Assembly (NCBI GenBank): GCA_965220085.1
Contig: CBDCOZ010000003.1
Location: 416,001 to 480,000, forward strand
Reading direction: 5' to 3'
DNA: 64,000 bases
Source of the DNA: Candidatus Oxydemutatoraceae bacterium
Lineage (GTDB): Bacteria; Pseudomonadota; Gammaproteobacteria; Poriferisulfidales; Oxydemutatoraceae
Within the stretch, counting starts at the first letter, position 1, and each line of letters opens with the position of its first letter. Positions 9,446 through 19,335 of this stretch are shown here, in pieces. The translations under genes and the position numbers were made by a program. The notes under the pieces were generated by a model, which saw nothing but the letters and a program-made list of their open reading frames with translations, was not told the DNA's origin and did not search any database.

Positions 9446-10633
9446 ATGATAAATACTATAAATCAAAAAATATTTAATACTACCCCCCCCCCCCCCCCCC
9501 CCCGCTGGCGGACAACGCTAACCCGGCTTAGCCTCTGGCCGCTGGCCCTGCTGGCGGCGGCCCTGTTTGTTCTCTGCGCTCAGGCGCAGGCGCAGACCAA
9601 CACTGCCGCCACCGGCGTACCGGCAGTCACTGATACTGACAGCGGCACTGACTTGACCATGGATGGTCCCAATGAGGACAGCGTACTCACCGTAGCCCAA
9701 GGCACCATAGCTGATGACGATGGCATAACCACATTCACGCCCACCTGGGCCTGGTATGAGGCCGATGCCCCGGCCAGCGGCACCCCCATGGACAGCGCCT
9801 ACTCCGCCATAGCCGGGGCCACCGCCGCCGCTTTCACGCCACTGCAGGAGCATGTGGGCAAGTTTCTGCGCGTCTGCGCCGCCTTTGAGGATGACGATGG
9901 CAACGACGAGACCCGTTGCTGGACCTCCGTTGCGGCGGTGGCCAACACCAATGATGTCAACTCCCTGCCCAGCAGCGTTGATTTCGCCATTGGTCGCACA
10001 TCCCGCTTTCGCCTGAGTGACTTTCGTCACGAAGACGAGGAGGGCGATGATTATGAGATAGATACTTTGATACTGACGGAAGTGCCCGTGCGCGCTCTCA
10101 GAGCTAATGGAAGAATAAATCTTGGATCGACCATATCTTTATTCCCAAGAGACTTCGCTTCAAACAGCGGCGCACTCACATACACACCGCCCGACACAGC
10201 CACGGTCGGCAGCAATCGCCTCAGCTTTAAATTCCAGATGTTTGACACCGGCCCCCCCGCCCTTCAATCGGGACCCCCCGCCGCCATGACCATCAACCTG
10301 GTGGCCAACAGTGCGCCCGATTTTGGCGATGCAGCGGTGGGCACCCGTATTTGGCCGCCCGGCACGACGACCGCGCCTCTGATATTGCCCGCAGCCACCG
10401 GCGGCAATGGCGCCATCACCTACGGCATAAGCCCGGCCCTGCCCGACGGCCTCGCCTTTGATGCCGACACTCGCACCATCAGCGGCACACCCACGGCGGT
10501 ATCCGCCGTCGCCGAATACACCCTCACCGCCGCCGATGCGGATGACGACGAGGCCACGCTGACCTTCGGCATAGACCCGATGCACCCCGTGCGCTTGCGC
10601 TTGCGCCTCTTCCTGGAAGGGCCGTTGCGGTAA
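9446..10633 (+). CDS. Secreted Ig-like/cadherin-like/He_PIG repeat protein with C-terminal VRLRLRLFLEGPLR tail (cargo 1)
   Basis: AGGAG RBS at 9431-9435; signal peptide ending AQAQAQ; ATGVPAVT...IAGAT...VGKFLRVC Ig-like module; LPDGLAFDADTRTISGTPT putative Ig domain. Confidence 0.85.
   Translation: MINTINQKIFNTTPPPPPPRWRTTLTRLSLWPLALLAAALFVLCAQAQAQTNTAATGVPAVTDTDSGTDLTMDGPNEDSVLTVAQGTIADDDGITTFTPTWAWYEADAPASGTPMDSAYSAIAGATAAAFTPLQEHVGKFLRVCAAFEDDDGNDETRCWTSVAAVANTNDVNSLPSSVDFAIGRTSRFRLSDFRHEDEEGDDYEIDTLILTEVPVRALRANGRINLGSTISLFPRDFASNSGALTYTPPDTATVGSNRLSFKFQMFDTGPPALQSGPPAAMTINLVANSAPDFGDAAVGTRIWPPGTTTAPLILPAATGGNGAITYGISPALPDGLAFDADTRTISGTPTAVSAVAEYTLTAADADDDEATLTFGIDPMHPVRLRLRLFLEGPLR
9483..9503 (+). 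repeat. Poly-C(21) tract in the 5' coding region of cargo 1
   Basis: 21 consecutive C encoding a polyproline run; the paralogue has only CCCC at the equivalent site. Confidence 0.9.
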
Positions 10634-10674
10634 CGGAAACACGCTTTATACACAAACCACACAGGAGTCATACG

Positions 10675-12162
10675 ATGAACAGACGAATTTTTAATACTGC
10701 CCCGCATTGGCGGGCAACACTCGCCCGGCTTGGCCTCCGGTCACTTATTCTGCCGGCCCTGTTTGTTCTCTGCGCTCAGGCGCAGGCGCAGAACGCCACC
10801 GGGGAACCGGGCGTCACGGCGGCCGACAGCGCCGACTTGACCATGGTCGGCCCGAATGAGGACAGCGCACTGACCGCCGCCCGTGGCGACATAGCCGACA
10901 CCGATGGCATCACCACATTCACGCCCGCCTGGGCCTGGCATGAGGGCGACACCGCCGATGGCGACTTCACCGCCATAGCCGGGGCCGCCGCCGCCACTTT
11001 CACCCCCCTGCAGGCCCATGTCGGCAAGTTCATCCGCGCCTGTGCCACCTTTGACGATGACGACAGCAACAGCGAGACCCGATGCTGGACCTCCGTCGCC
11101 GCTGTGGTCAATGTCAACGATATACCAGTTGGCCTGCCAAATACCATTTATGTGCCGGCGGGCGGCAGTTACACTTTCTCGGTGGACGACTTTCCCGTTA
11201 CTGATGAGGATGGCGACAGTCTGGTCATAGCGGGAGTGGCCAGGGCCTCCAAAGGCTCTCTTACCTTCAACGGCAATCCAATCACCTCGGCCTTGGTTGA
11301 TTTCACGGCCGCCCGACTGACAGCCGGCGCATTTGGCTACACGCCGCCCTCCGATGCGGGGCCCATGTCCGGCTATGCCACCTTTGAGTGGATTCCAACC
11401 ACCAAGGACAACTCAGCCGGCAACGTCGGTACAGTAACAGTAGCTACCACCATAGATCTGGTGTCGGCCACGGCATCGGCGGCCATGGGCGAACCGGCGG
11501 TGACGGCTACAACGGGCACCGCCCACCGCGAAGGTGTGGAACTGACCGCCAGCACAGGCACCGTGACCGATGCTAACGGCATCCCCACCCACACCCGTAT
11601 CTGGCAATGGCAACAGTCCGACGTCCGGGCCGGTCCATACGCCGACATCCCCGGGGCCGCCGCTGTCACCTTCACTCCCGCACGGGCCCATGTCGGCCGA
11701 TACATCCGCGTCTGCCTCAGTTTCACCGATGCCATAGACACCGCCGAGACCCGCTGCTCCGCTGGCAACGTCATCGCCTATGTCAATTCGGTGAGTGTGC
11801 CGACTGCCGCCGACGAATCAGAGCCCTATATTTTCAAGCCATCCGACTTCATGTTCCCGGGCGATGTCGGCAACCTGCAAAGCGTAACCATACGCACCGC
11901 CATAGCATCCGACAAGGGCATATTGCGCAACGGCGCCACCGCAGTGACCGCCGGCGCCACAGTGACCGCCGCCGCCCTGCGCAACGGCGACCTCACTTTC
12001 TATCCCGCGGGCAGATTCGCCGCCACCCCCAACTACGCCAGTTTCACCTTCACCGTGAACTATGGCGGCGGCATAAACACCGGAATCCGCACCATGAACA
12101 TACATCTGACGGAGCGCCTGCGCTTGCGCTTGCGCCTTTTCCTGGAAGGCCCGTTGCGATAG
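10675..12162 (+). CDS. Secreted Ig-like/cadherin-like repeat protein with C-terminal RLRLRLRLFLEGPLR tail (cargo 2), paralogue of 9446-10633
   Basis: Leader and first module closely similar to cargo 1; two ATGEP/AMGEP modules alternate with DF..D.DGD-type modules; same C-terminal tail. Confidence 0.88.
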   Translation: MNRRIFNTAPHWRATLARLGLRSLILPALFVLCAQAQAQNATGEPGVTAADSADLTMVGPNEDSALTAARGDIADTDGITTFTPAWAWHEGDTADGDFTAIAGAAAATFTPLQAHVGKFIRACATFDDDDSNSETRCWTSVAAVVNVNDIPVGLPNTIYVPAGGSYTFSVDDFPVTDEDGDSLVIAGVARASKGSLTFNGNPITSALVDFTAARLTAGAFGYTPPSDAGPMSGYATFEWIPTTKDNSAGNVGTVTVATTIDLVSATASAAMGEPAVTATTGTAHREGVELTASTGTVTDANGIPTHTRIWQWQQSDVRAGPYADIPGAAAVTFTPARAHVGRYIRVCLSFTDAIDTAETRCSAGNVIAYVNSVSVPTAADESEPYIFKPSDFMFPGDVGNLQSVTIRTAIASDKGILRNGATAVTAGATVTAAALRNGDLTFYPAGRFAATPNYASFTFTVNYGGGINTGIRTMNIHLTERLRLRLRLFLEGPLR

Positions 12163-12167
12163 CGCAA

Positions 12168-12205
12168 GCAACCCACAGCGGAGCAGGGGAGCGCTGTGGG
12201 GTTGC
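12168..12205. terminator. Stem-loop after cargo 2 (possible terminator)
   Basis: GCAACCCACAGCG...CGCTGTGGGGTTGC imperfect inverted repeat; no clear U-tract. Confidence 0.4.
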
Positions 12206-12256
12206 AAAGGATGAGAATATCGCAAATTGTTCTATAATCGCCATACCAAACAATCT

Positions 12257-13480
12257 ATGATGATGGACCTGACTCTTTTCGAACAAGTTTTGCTGTGGGG
12301 ATTCGTAATCGCCATAGTCATGGGCGCGGTGACTTCCAAGACCAATTTCTGCACGATGGGCGCGGTGTCGGACTGGATCAATATCGCCGATACCGGGCGC
12401 TTGCGGGCGTGGCTGTTCTCTATTGCGGTGGCGATACTTGGCGTCGCCGCATTGGACAGTGCGGCGGTTGTTGACATGACGTTGGCCGATAGCGGCGAGA
12501 CGGGCAAGCCGCCATACGGCGCTCCGCAGTTTGTCTGGTTGCGTTACGTTCTCGGCGGTTTGTTGTTTGGCATCGGCATGACGCTCGGCTCGGGCTGCGG
12601 TAACAAGACGCTGATCCGGATCGGCGGAGGCAATTTGAAGTCCGTCGTTGTCTTTCTTGCGATGGGCGTCGGCGCATACCTGATGATATATACCGACTTC
12701 GGTCATATCGCGTTCATCGGTTGGATGCCGGTGATGGACCTGGGGTCTTTTGGCTTGACGAGTCAGGGGGTTGACGAGATTCTCATGCGTTCCGCGGGCG
12801 GCGAAAGAGCCGCATGGGGATATATCACGCCGCTTGTGATAGGTGTCTTACTGCTCATGATAGCGTTTGCCTCAGCCGACTTTCGCAAGCAACCCGACAA
12901 CATGCTCGGCGGCGCGGTCGTCGGTCTTGCGGTGGTCGCCGCCTGGTATGTGACCGCCGGTCCGCTTGGGCAGACTTTGCTGGAGGAACTCGCTTTCTTG
13001 GATACGCCGCCGTACGATGCCGGGGCGCAATCGTTTACTTTTGTTAAGCCGAGCGGGCAGTTTTTCTATTGGTTGCAGGAAGGTTTCTCCCTGTCTTATT
13101 TAAGCTTTGCGTTGGTTGCCGGGTTTGGCGTCATTGTCGGGTCATTTTTGTATTCGGCGCTGAGCGGCGGCTTGCGTTTGGAAAAGTTTGCCGATGGCGC
13201 CGATTTTCTTCGGCACTTAATCGGCGGTCTGATGATGGGTATCGGCGGCGTGCTGTCGCTCGGGTGTACTTTTGGGCAAGCGATTACGGGCGCGTCCACG
13301 CTTGCCGTCGGTTCGTTCGTCACCTTTGTGTTCATCGTGTTTGGCGCCGCCGTCGCGCTGAAGTTTCAGTATTATCAGATGGTTTACGGGAGCGACACCA
13401 CGGTGTTCAAAACCTTGCTTACGGTATTTGCGGATTTTCGCCTCGTGCCGTCGTCTTGGCGCAAGTTGGAGAGCATCTGA
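12257..13480 (+). CDS. YeeE/YedE family sulfur-compound (thiosulfate) transporter
   Basis: NFCTMGAVSD, GMTLGSGC, GGVLSLGCTFGQ motifs; multi-TM. Confidence 0.9.
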   Translation: MMMDLTLFEQVLLWGFVIAIVMGAVTSKTNFCTMGAVSDWINIADTGRLRAWLFSIAVAILGVAALDSAAVVDMTLADSGETGKPPYGAPQFVWLRYVLGGLLFGIGMTLGSGCGNKTLIRIGGGNLKSVVVFLAMGVGAYLMIYTDFGHIAFIGWMPVMDLGSFGLTSQGVDEILMRSAGGERAAWGYITPLVIGVLLLMIAFASADFRKQPDNMLGGAVVGLAVVAAWYVTAGPLGQTLLEELAFLDTPPYDAGAQSFTFVKPSGQFFYWLQEGFSLSYLSFALVAGFGVIVGSFLYSALSGGLRLEKFADGADFLRHLIGGLMMGIGGVLSLGCTFGQAITGASTLAVGSFVTFVFIVFGAAVALKFQYYQMVYGSDTTVFKTLLTVFADFRLVPSSWRKLESI

Positions 13481-13597
13481 GGCGCGAACAAAGCGCGGGA
13501 ATCGCCGCGCCTTCTGTCAAACGATGCGGCGTTGCGGCTTGGATTTTTGCCCCTCCCAACATAGAATAGCCCCTCCCCGCTCAAAGGGGCAGCCGAC

Positions 13598-13673
13598 GGG
13601 TCGTTAGCTCAGCTGGCAGAGCACCGGACTTTTAATCCGATGGTCGCAGGTTCGAGACCTGCACGACCCACCA
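13598..13673 (+). tRNA. tRNA-Lys(UUU)
   Basis: GGGTCGTTAGCTCAG...GGACT-TTT-AATCC...GGTTCGAGACC...CGACCCACCA, 76 nt with encoded CCA. Confidence 0.97.
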
Positions 13674-13771
13674 TCATTTTGACAGAGCCAATTATTGCCG
13701 AAGTTGTATAATCATGGCGGACGGTTTTATTGATGACCCGACTTTGAAGGTTGTAAGGAGGTATGGAGATT

Positions 13772-15220
13772 ATGGCTGACACACCCGCGCTTGATTTGTC
13801 CAAGCGCCATTTTTTGGAGCCTGCCGAGCTCGATGAGGCGGGCTTGCTCGATTTATGCGGTTCGCTTGCGGGGGCAAGCGTCGATGATGCGGAACTGTAT
13901 TTTCAGTATGCCCGCAGCGAGTCTTGGGCGCTGGAGGATGGCATCGTAAAAGACGGTTCGTTCGATATCAGAAAGGGGGTCGGCGTACGGGTCATCGTCG
14001 GCGAGAAATCGGGTTTTGCTTACTCCGATGAGATTGCGCTGGCGGCTTTGGCCGATGCGGGGAAGGCCGCTCGCAGTATCGCTCATAGCGACGGCGGCAA
14101 GAGTGTGCGGGTGCGACAGAGGCTTGCTTCGACCGCGCTGTACGCCGCGGATGATCCGCTCACCGCGATGTCAGCGACCGATAAGGTCGCGCTGCTGCAA
14201 TCCATAGACGCGATGGCAAGGCGCAAAGATTCGCGTGTGAAGCAAGTCATGGCATCGATCAACGGCCTGTATGAAGTGGTTCTGGTGGCAAACGCCGACG
14301 GTCTGTTAGCCGCCGATGTGCGCCCGTTGGTCAGGATAAATGTGTCTGTCATCGCAGAGCGCAACGGCCGGCGCGAGATGGGTCGCGAGGGCGCGGGAGG
14401 TCGCTACGATTATGCCGGTTTGCTCAAGCAGAATGATCCTTCGGGTTTGGTTGACAGGGCGGTTGAGTCGGCATTGATTAATCTGGACTCGGTGGCCGCG
14501 CCGGCCGGCGAGATGGTTGTCGTACTGGGGCCGGGTTGGCCGGGCGTGTTGCTTCACGAAGCCATAGGCCACGGTTTGGAAGGCGACTTTTGTCGCAAGG
14601 GCGTATCAGCTTTTGCCGGGCGCATCGGCGAGAAAGTGGCGGCGCCGGGAGTGACGGTTGTAGACGACGGGACGCTGGCGCACCGCCGGGGCTCGCTCAA
14701 TATGGACGATGAGGGGACTCCGACATCGTGCACGACATTGATAGAAAACGGCGTGCTGAAAGGGTTTATGCAAGACAAACTCAACGCGCATCTGATGGGA
14801 GACAAGCCGACCGGCAACGGCAGACGCGAATCCTATGCGCACCCGACGCTGCCGCGGATGACAAATACCTATATGCTACCGGGGCCGCACTCGCCGCAGG
14901 AAATTATCAAATCGGTCGATAAGGGCGTGTACGCGGCTAATTTCGGCGGCGGACAGGTGGACATTACCTCCGGCAAGTTTGTGTTTTCCGCGAGCGAGGC
15001 CTATGCGATTGAGGGCGGTCAAATCGGGGCGCCGCTCAAGGGGATGTCCTTAATCGGCAACGGGCCGGATGTTCTGACCCGCGTGACGATGGTCGGCAAT
15101 GACTTGCGCCTCGATGCCGGAATCGGCGTGTGCGGCAAGAACGGACAGATGTTGCCGGTCGGAGTCGGGCAGCCGACTTTGCGCATAGACGGTGTGACGG
15201 TCGGGGGGACGGATGCATGA
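13772..15220 (+). CDS. tldD: Metalloprotease TldD
   Basis: GVLLHEAIGHGLEGD, TGNGRRESYAH, PRMTNTYM, CGKNGQ. Confidence 0.97.
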   Translation: MADTPALDLSKRHFLEPAELDEAGLLDLCGSLAGASVDDAELYFQYARSESWALEDGIVKDGSFDIRKGVGVRVIVGEKSGFAYSDEIALAALADAGKAARSIAHSDGGKSVRVRQRLASTALYAADDPLTAMSATDKVALLQSIDAMARRKDSRVKQVMASINGLYEVVLVANADGLLAADVRPLVRINVSVIAERNGRREMGREGAGGRYDYAGLLKQNDPSGLVDRAVESALINLDSVAAPAGEMVVVLGPGWPGVLLHEAIGHGLEGDFCRKGVSAFAGRIGEKVAAPGVTVVDDGTLAHRRGSLNMDDEGTPTSCTTLIENGVLKGFMQDKLNAHLMGDKPTGNGRRESYAHPTLPRMTNTYMLPGPHSPQEIIKSVDKGVYAANFGGGQVDITSGKFVFSASEAYAIEGGQIGAPLKGMSLIGNGPDVLTRVTMVGNDLRLDAGIGVCGKNGQMLPVGVGQPTLRIDGVTVGGTDA

Positions 15221-16560
15221 AACTCGCGGAGTTTGATGTTGCGGCGCTGAAGGACAAATCATGCGCGGCGATTGAGTATGCGTTGTCTTATGCGAAACAA
15301 AAGGGCGCGTCGGCGGCGGAATCGGCGGTAGGCTGCGGGCACGGAATATCGGCGACGGTGCGCTTGGGAGAGATAGAGACGGTAGAGTATGAAGACAATC
15401 AGAGCTTTGATATCACCGTGTACTTCGGCGCCAAAAGAGGCAATGCGTCTTCCTCCGATTTGAGCCGGGAATCCATTGCGGAAAGTGTCGACGCGGCCTG
15501 TGATATCGCCAGATATGTGTGCGAGGACGATTGCGCCGGGCTGGTTGATCGCGATGCGCTGGCTCGGGAAACGCCCGATCTGTCGTTGGATCATCCGTGG
15601 TCGGGAGGGCTTGACCGCGTGCTTGAAATCGCTATGCAGTGCGAGGAAGCCGCTCGTGTCGTCCCGCGGATCATCAACTCTGAGGGGGCCAGCGTCGATA
15701 CGCGCCGTCAGGTCGGGGCCTACGGCAACACGCATGATTTTCTGGCGGCGTATCCCTCCACCATACACGCGATGAGTTGCATTGCGGTTGCGGGAGACGG
15801 CGATGCGATGCAGCGTGATTATTGGTTTGCCTCGCGGCGCAATCCGACGCGTCTGAGCACGCCGCAGGCGGTGGGCAAGCGCGCGGCGGAGTGCGCGGTC
15901 GCGCGTTTGGGCGCGCGCAAACTAAAGAGTTGCAAGGCGACCGTATTGTTTACGCCGCGCACGGCGCGCTTTCTGATCGGGAACTTTCTCGGCGCGATCA
16001 GCGGCGGTTCCCTCTATCGCGGCACCTCGTTCCTGATGGATTCTTTGGACACCCAAGTGTTTCCTTCGTGGCTGCAACTTGACGAAGAGCCGCATTTGCC
16101 CGAGGGACTTTCCAGCGCGGCGTTTGATGCGGAAGGCGCGGCAACCCGCCCGCGCAGAATAGTCGCCGACGGGGTTGTGCGCGGCTATATTCTCGATACG
16201 TACTCGGCGCGGAAACTGGGATTCAAGACAACGGGTAACGCGGGCGGCGCGAGAAATCCCATTCTGCGCGGAGGGGAAGTGCCGTATGATGATTTGGTTG
16301 CGAAAATGGATAACGGGTTGATCGTCGGCGAGTTGATCGGCAACGGCGTGAATGCCACGACCGGAGATTACTCGCAGGGGGTCGCCGGATTCTGGGTAGA
16401 GAATGGCAAGGTCGCTTACCCGGTCGAGGAAGTGACATTGGCGGGTAATCTTCGCGATATGTTTATGTCTATCGCCGGTCTTGGCGATGACCTCGATGAG
16501 GAATCAAATATCCGTTGCGGCTCCGTCTTAATCGAGAATATGACGATCGCCGGCCTTTGA
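15217..16560 (+). CDS. pmbA: PmbA/TldE
   Basis: MQRDYW, FDAEG, TGDYSQG, EVTLAGNL; overlaps the tldD stop. Confidence 0.95.
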   Translation: MKLAEFDVAALKDKSCAAIEYALSYAKQKGASAAESAVGCGHGISATVRLGEIETVEYEDNQSFDITVYFGAKRGNASSSDLSRESIAESVDAACDIARYVCEDDCAGLVDRDALARETPDLSLDHPWSGGLDRVLEIAMQCEEAARVVPRIINSEGASVDTRRQVGAYGNTHDFLAAYPSTIHAMSCIAVAGDGDAMQRDYWFASRRNPTRLSTPQAVGKRAAECAVARLGARKLKSCKATVLFTPRTARFLIGNFLGAISGGSLYRGTSFLMDSLDTQVFPSWLQLDEEPHLPEGLSSAAFDAEGAATRPRRIVADGVVRGYILDTYSARKLGFKTTGNAGGARNPILRGGEVPYDDLVAKMDNGLIVGELIGNGVNATTGDYSQGVAGFWVENGKVAYPVEEVTLAGNLRDMFMSIAGLGDDLDEESNIRCGSVLIENMTIAGL

Positions 16561-16618
16561 GGTTTTGACAAGCCGCAGGGTTTTCTCATGCGGCGAATGA
16601 AAAAGGGAGGACGAAACA

Positions 16619-17380
16619 ATGTTAGCTGTTATATCACCGGCAAAAACTTTCGGTCACGGCAAGTGTGCGGTTGCGAACCGCACACAACCGGAGTTTCTGA
16701 ACGAAAGCAATAAGCTCGTTGCCTATTTAAAAAAGATGAATGAAAGCAATCTGCAAAAGTTGATGGGGGTCAGCCGGGCTATCGCAAAACTCAATGCGGA
16801 GCGTTATGCAAATTGGAAAAAATCTTTGCGGGCGGGACAGGCCGAATGCGCCCTGTCCGCTTTTCGCGGCGATGTGTACCGCAGTCTGGATTCGGATTCG
16901 TTTGACAAGAGAGATGTTGAGTTTGCGCAAAAGCATCTCCTGATATTGTCGGGTTTGTATGGCGCGCTGAAGCCGCTGGACCTGATTCAGCCCTATCGGC
17001 TGGAGATGGGGACGCGTCTGAAGACCGAGCGCTGCGATAACCTGTATCAATTCTGGGGCGACAAGGTTACGCAAGCGCTGAACTGCGAATTGCAAAAAGG
17101 CAAACCGAATGTGCTGATCAATCTGGCATCCGAGGAATACTTTCGCGTGATAGACGCGTCTCAACTCAAAGGCAAAATCATTGCGCCGATGTTCAAAGAA
17201 AAACGCGGCGGCGCTTATAAGGCAATCGGTATCATGGCGAAGCGCGCGCGCGGCGCTATGGCGCGCTATATCATAAAGAATCGTCTGCGCACCGTTTCCG
17301 CTATAAAGCAATTTGATTATGACGGCTATGGCTACCGGGATGATTTGTCGGACGATAGTCGGTGGGTGTTCGCGCGTTAA
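16619..17380 (+). CDS. yaaA: Peroxide stress protein YaaA (DUF328)
   Basis: ISPAKT, ILSGLYGALKPLD, YRLEMG, NLASEEY, AKRARG. Confidence 0.95.
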   Translation: MLAVISPAKTFGHGKCAVANRTQPEFLNESNKLVAYLKKMNESNLQKLMGVSRAIAKLNAERYANWKKSLRAGQAECALSAFRGDVYRSLDSDSFDKRDVEFAQKHLLILSGLYGALKPLDLIQPYRLEMGTRLKTERCDNLYQFWGDKVTQALNCELQKGKPNVLINLASEEYFRVIDASQLKGKIIAPMFKEKRGGAYKAIGIMAKRARGAMARYIIKNRLRTVSAIKQFDYDGYGYRDDLSDDSRWVFAR

Positions 17381-17399
17381 GCGCGCGCCCGCAGTGGCA

Positions 17400-17966
17400 A
17401 TGTGGTCTGAACGGGCAATATTTGTGCTGCGATTGATGTCGCTGAAGGCGGCGCCGCAGGATTATCCCGCTACGTCGCAATCGGTATTATGGGTGGCTGT
17501 GTTGATGTTTGCCGCCAAGATTCTTGCGGTCATGATTCTGGCGGCGATGGTCGGCGAAGCGGACGCGGAGCGGTTGGGGCTGCGACATAATGTCATTTTC
17601 CGCTCGGCTTTTGAAATCGTTTTTCTTATCGTCTTTCTAAAAGCCATGTTGTTGCTGTTTCGTTTTCCCATGCGTTTCCCGCAGACGTTTTGCGCGGTCG
17701 GCGGCGTTGCTATCGGTTTTGGCTTTCTCTTCATACCGATTCAGTATCTGACTCTCGCACAGGGATTGGGTATCGCCGAAGATGCGAACCCCGCCATGTC
17801 GCCGCTGCTGGTCATTGCCTATCTCGCGATGTTTGTTTGGCTTGTAAGAGTTCTCGGCAACATATTTATGCACGCCCTTGAGCTGCGCTTGCTATATGCG
17901 ATCGCCATTACATTTTTGCATATGATTGGCAAAGTGGCAGTGATGGCCGTCATTGGCGGTGTCTAG
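17400..17966 (+). CDS. Hypothetical integral membrane protein
   Basis: About five hydrophobic segments; APQDYP motif; lies between yaaA and mpl. Confidence 0.65.
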   Translation: MWSERAIFVLRLMSLKAAPQDYPATSQSVLWVAVLMFAAKILAVMILAAMVGEADAERLGLRHNVIFRSAFEIVFLIVFLKAMLLLFRFPMRFPQTFCAVGGVAIGFGFLFIPIQYLTLAQGLGIAEDANPAMSPLLVIAYLAMFVWLVRVLGNIFMHALELRLLYAIAITFLHMIGKVAVMAVIGGV

Positions 17967-19335
17967 ACAAAGCGTTTATGTCGCCGGTATCTGCGGCACA
18001 TTCATGACCGGGCTGGCGCGGATTGCCGGCGAGCTCGGTTGCAAAGTCGGCGGTTGTGACAAGACATTTTATCCGCCGATGAGCGAGCAACTTAAGCGGA
18101 TGGATGTATCCGTTGATAGCGGTTTCGCATTGCCCGAAGGGGATTGGGATTGCTATGTTATCGGCAACGCTTTGTCGCGCGGCAATCCGCTGGCAGAGGC
18201 GGTTCTTGAGCGCCAATTGCCGTTTTGTTCCGGGCCGCAGTGGTTGTATGAACGGGTCCTGCGCCGGCGCCGGACATTGTGTGTGGCGGGCACCCACGGC
18301 AAGACGACGACAGCTTCCATGCTGGCATGGATTCTTGAGCGCGCCGGCGCAAGCCCGGGGTTTTTGATCGGCGGGGTGCCGGGTAATTTTGGCATTTCTT
18401 CCCGCTTGGGTCGCTCCGATATGTTTGTGATAGAAGGCGATGAGTACGACACCGCTTTTTTTGATAAGCGTTCAAAATTCTTACACTGCCATCCGCGGGT
18501 GTTGATACTCAATAATCTGGAGTTTGATCACGCTGATATCTTTCCCGATCTGGATGCGATAAAGACACAATTTCATCACTTGATGCGCACTGTTCCGGCG
18601 GGAGGACTGGCGGTAGCGCGCGCGCACGACAGCGCGTTACAAGATGTTTTAACGCGCGGCTGTTGGTGCGAAGTGCAGACTTTCGGCTTGGATAGCGAGC
18701 GCGCGCAGTGGCAGGGGCGTATGCTGAAAAATGGTTTTGAACTGCTGTGCCAAGGGCGCTCACAAGGCGTTTGCGAGTGGGACATAGCGGGCGAGCACAA
18801 TGTTCTCAATGCGGTTGCCGCAATCGCAGCCGCCAACAAAGTCGGCGTGACGGCGGCGGAGTCGCTCGAAGCGCTCAAGACTTTTCGGGGCGTTAGCAGG
18901 CGGTTGGAGATAAGCGGTCGCTATGAGGACATTACTGTCTATGATGATTTTGCCCACCACCCGACCGAGATCAAAGCCGGCATCGCCGCTCTGCGCGCCC
19001 GCGGCAACGGAGGCAGATTGATTGCGGTTGTCGAACCGCGTTCAAACACGATGAAAAGCGGTTGCCACAATGCCGATTTGATCGCGGCGCTCGCTACCGC
19101 GGATCGGGTGTTCTTTTATCAGCCGGCGGATTTGCAATGGTCTTTGGAGGCGTTGGATCGCGGCGTCCTGCCCCAAGCCACAACGCATAAAGACATTGCC
19201 GCGATGAGCGAGGCCGTCGCCGCAGAAGCCCGGGCACAGGATCAGATACTGGTGATGTCCAACGGGGATTTCGGGGGCATGTGTCGGCGTATCGGCGAAT
19301 TGCTCGACAACCGGGCGGGCGCTAAAGATTCTTAA
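17953..19335 (+). CDS. mpl: Murein peptide ligase Mpl
   Basis: GICGTFM, AGTHGKTTT, EGDEYDTAFFDKRSKF, DDFAHHPT, EPRSNTM. Confidence 0.97.
   Translation: MAVSRQSVYVAGICGTFMTGLARIAGELGCKVGGCDKTFYPPMSEQLKRMDVSVDSGFALPEGDWDCYVIGNALSRGNPLAEAVLERQLPFCSGPQWLYERVLRRRRTLCVAGTHGKTTTASMLAWILERAGASPGFLIGGVPGNFGISSRLGRSDMFVIEGDEYDTAFFDKRSKFLHCHPRVLILNNLEFDHADIFPDLDAIKTQFHHLMRTVPAGGLAVARAHDSALQDVLTRGCWCEVQTFGLDSERAQWQGRMLKNGFELLCQGRSQGVCEWDIAGEHNVLNAVAAIAAANKVGVTAAESLEALKTFRGVSRRLEISGRYEDITVYDDFAHHPTEIKAGIAALRARGNGGRLIAVVEPRSNTMKSGCHNADLIAALATADRVFFYQPADLQWSLEALDRGVLPQATTHKDIAAMSEAVAAEARAQDQILVMSNGDFGGMCRRIGELLDNRAGAKDS

Noticed and set aside
13598-13673. tRNA-Lys as an integration site of a prophage or island
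   Set aside because: No integrase and no duplicated tRNA 3' end seen in the window.
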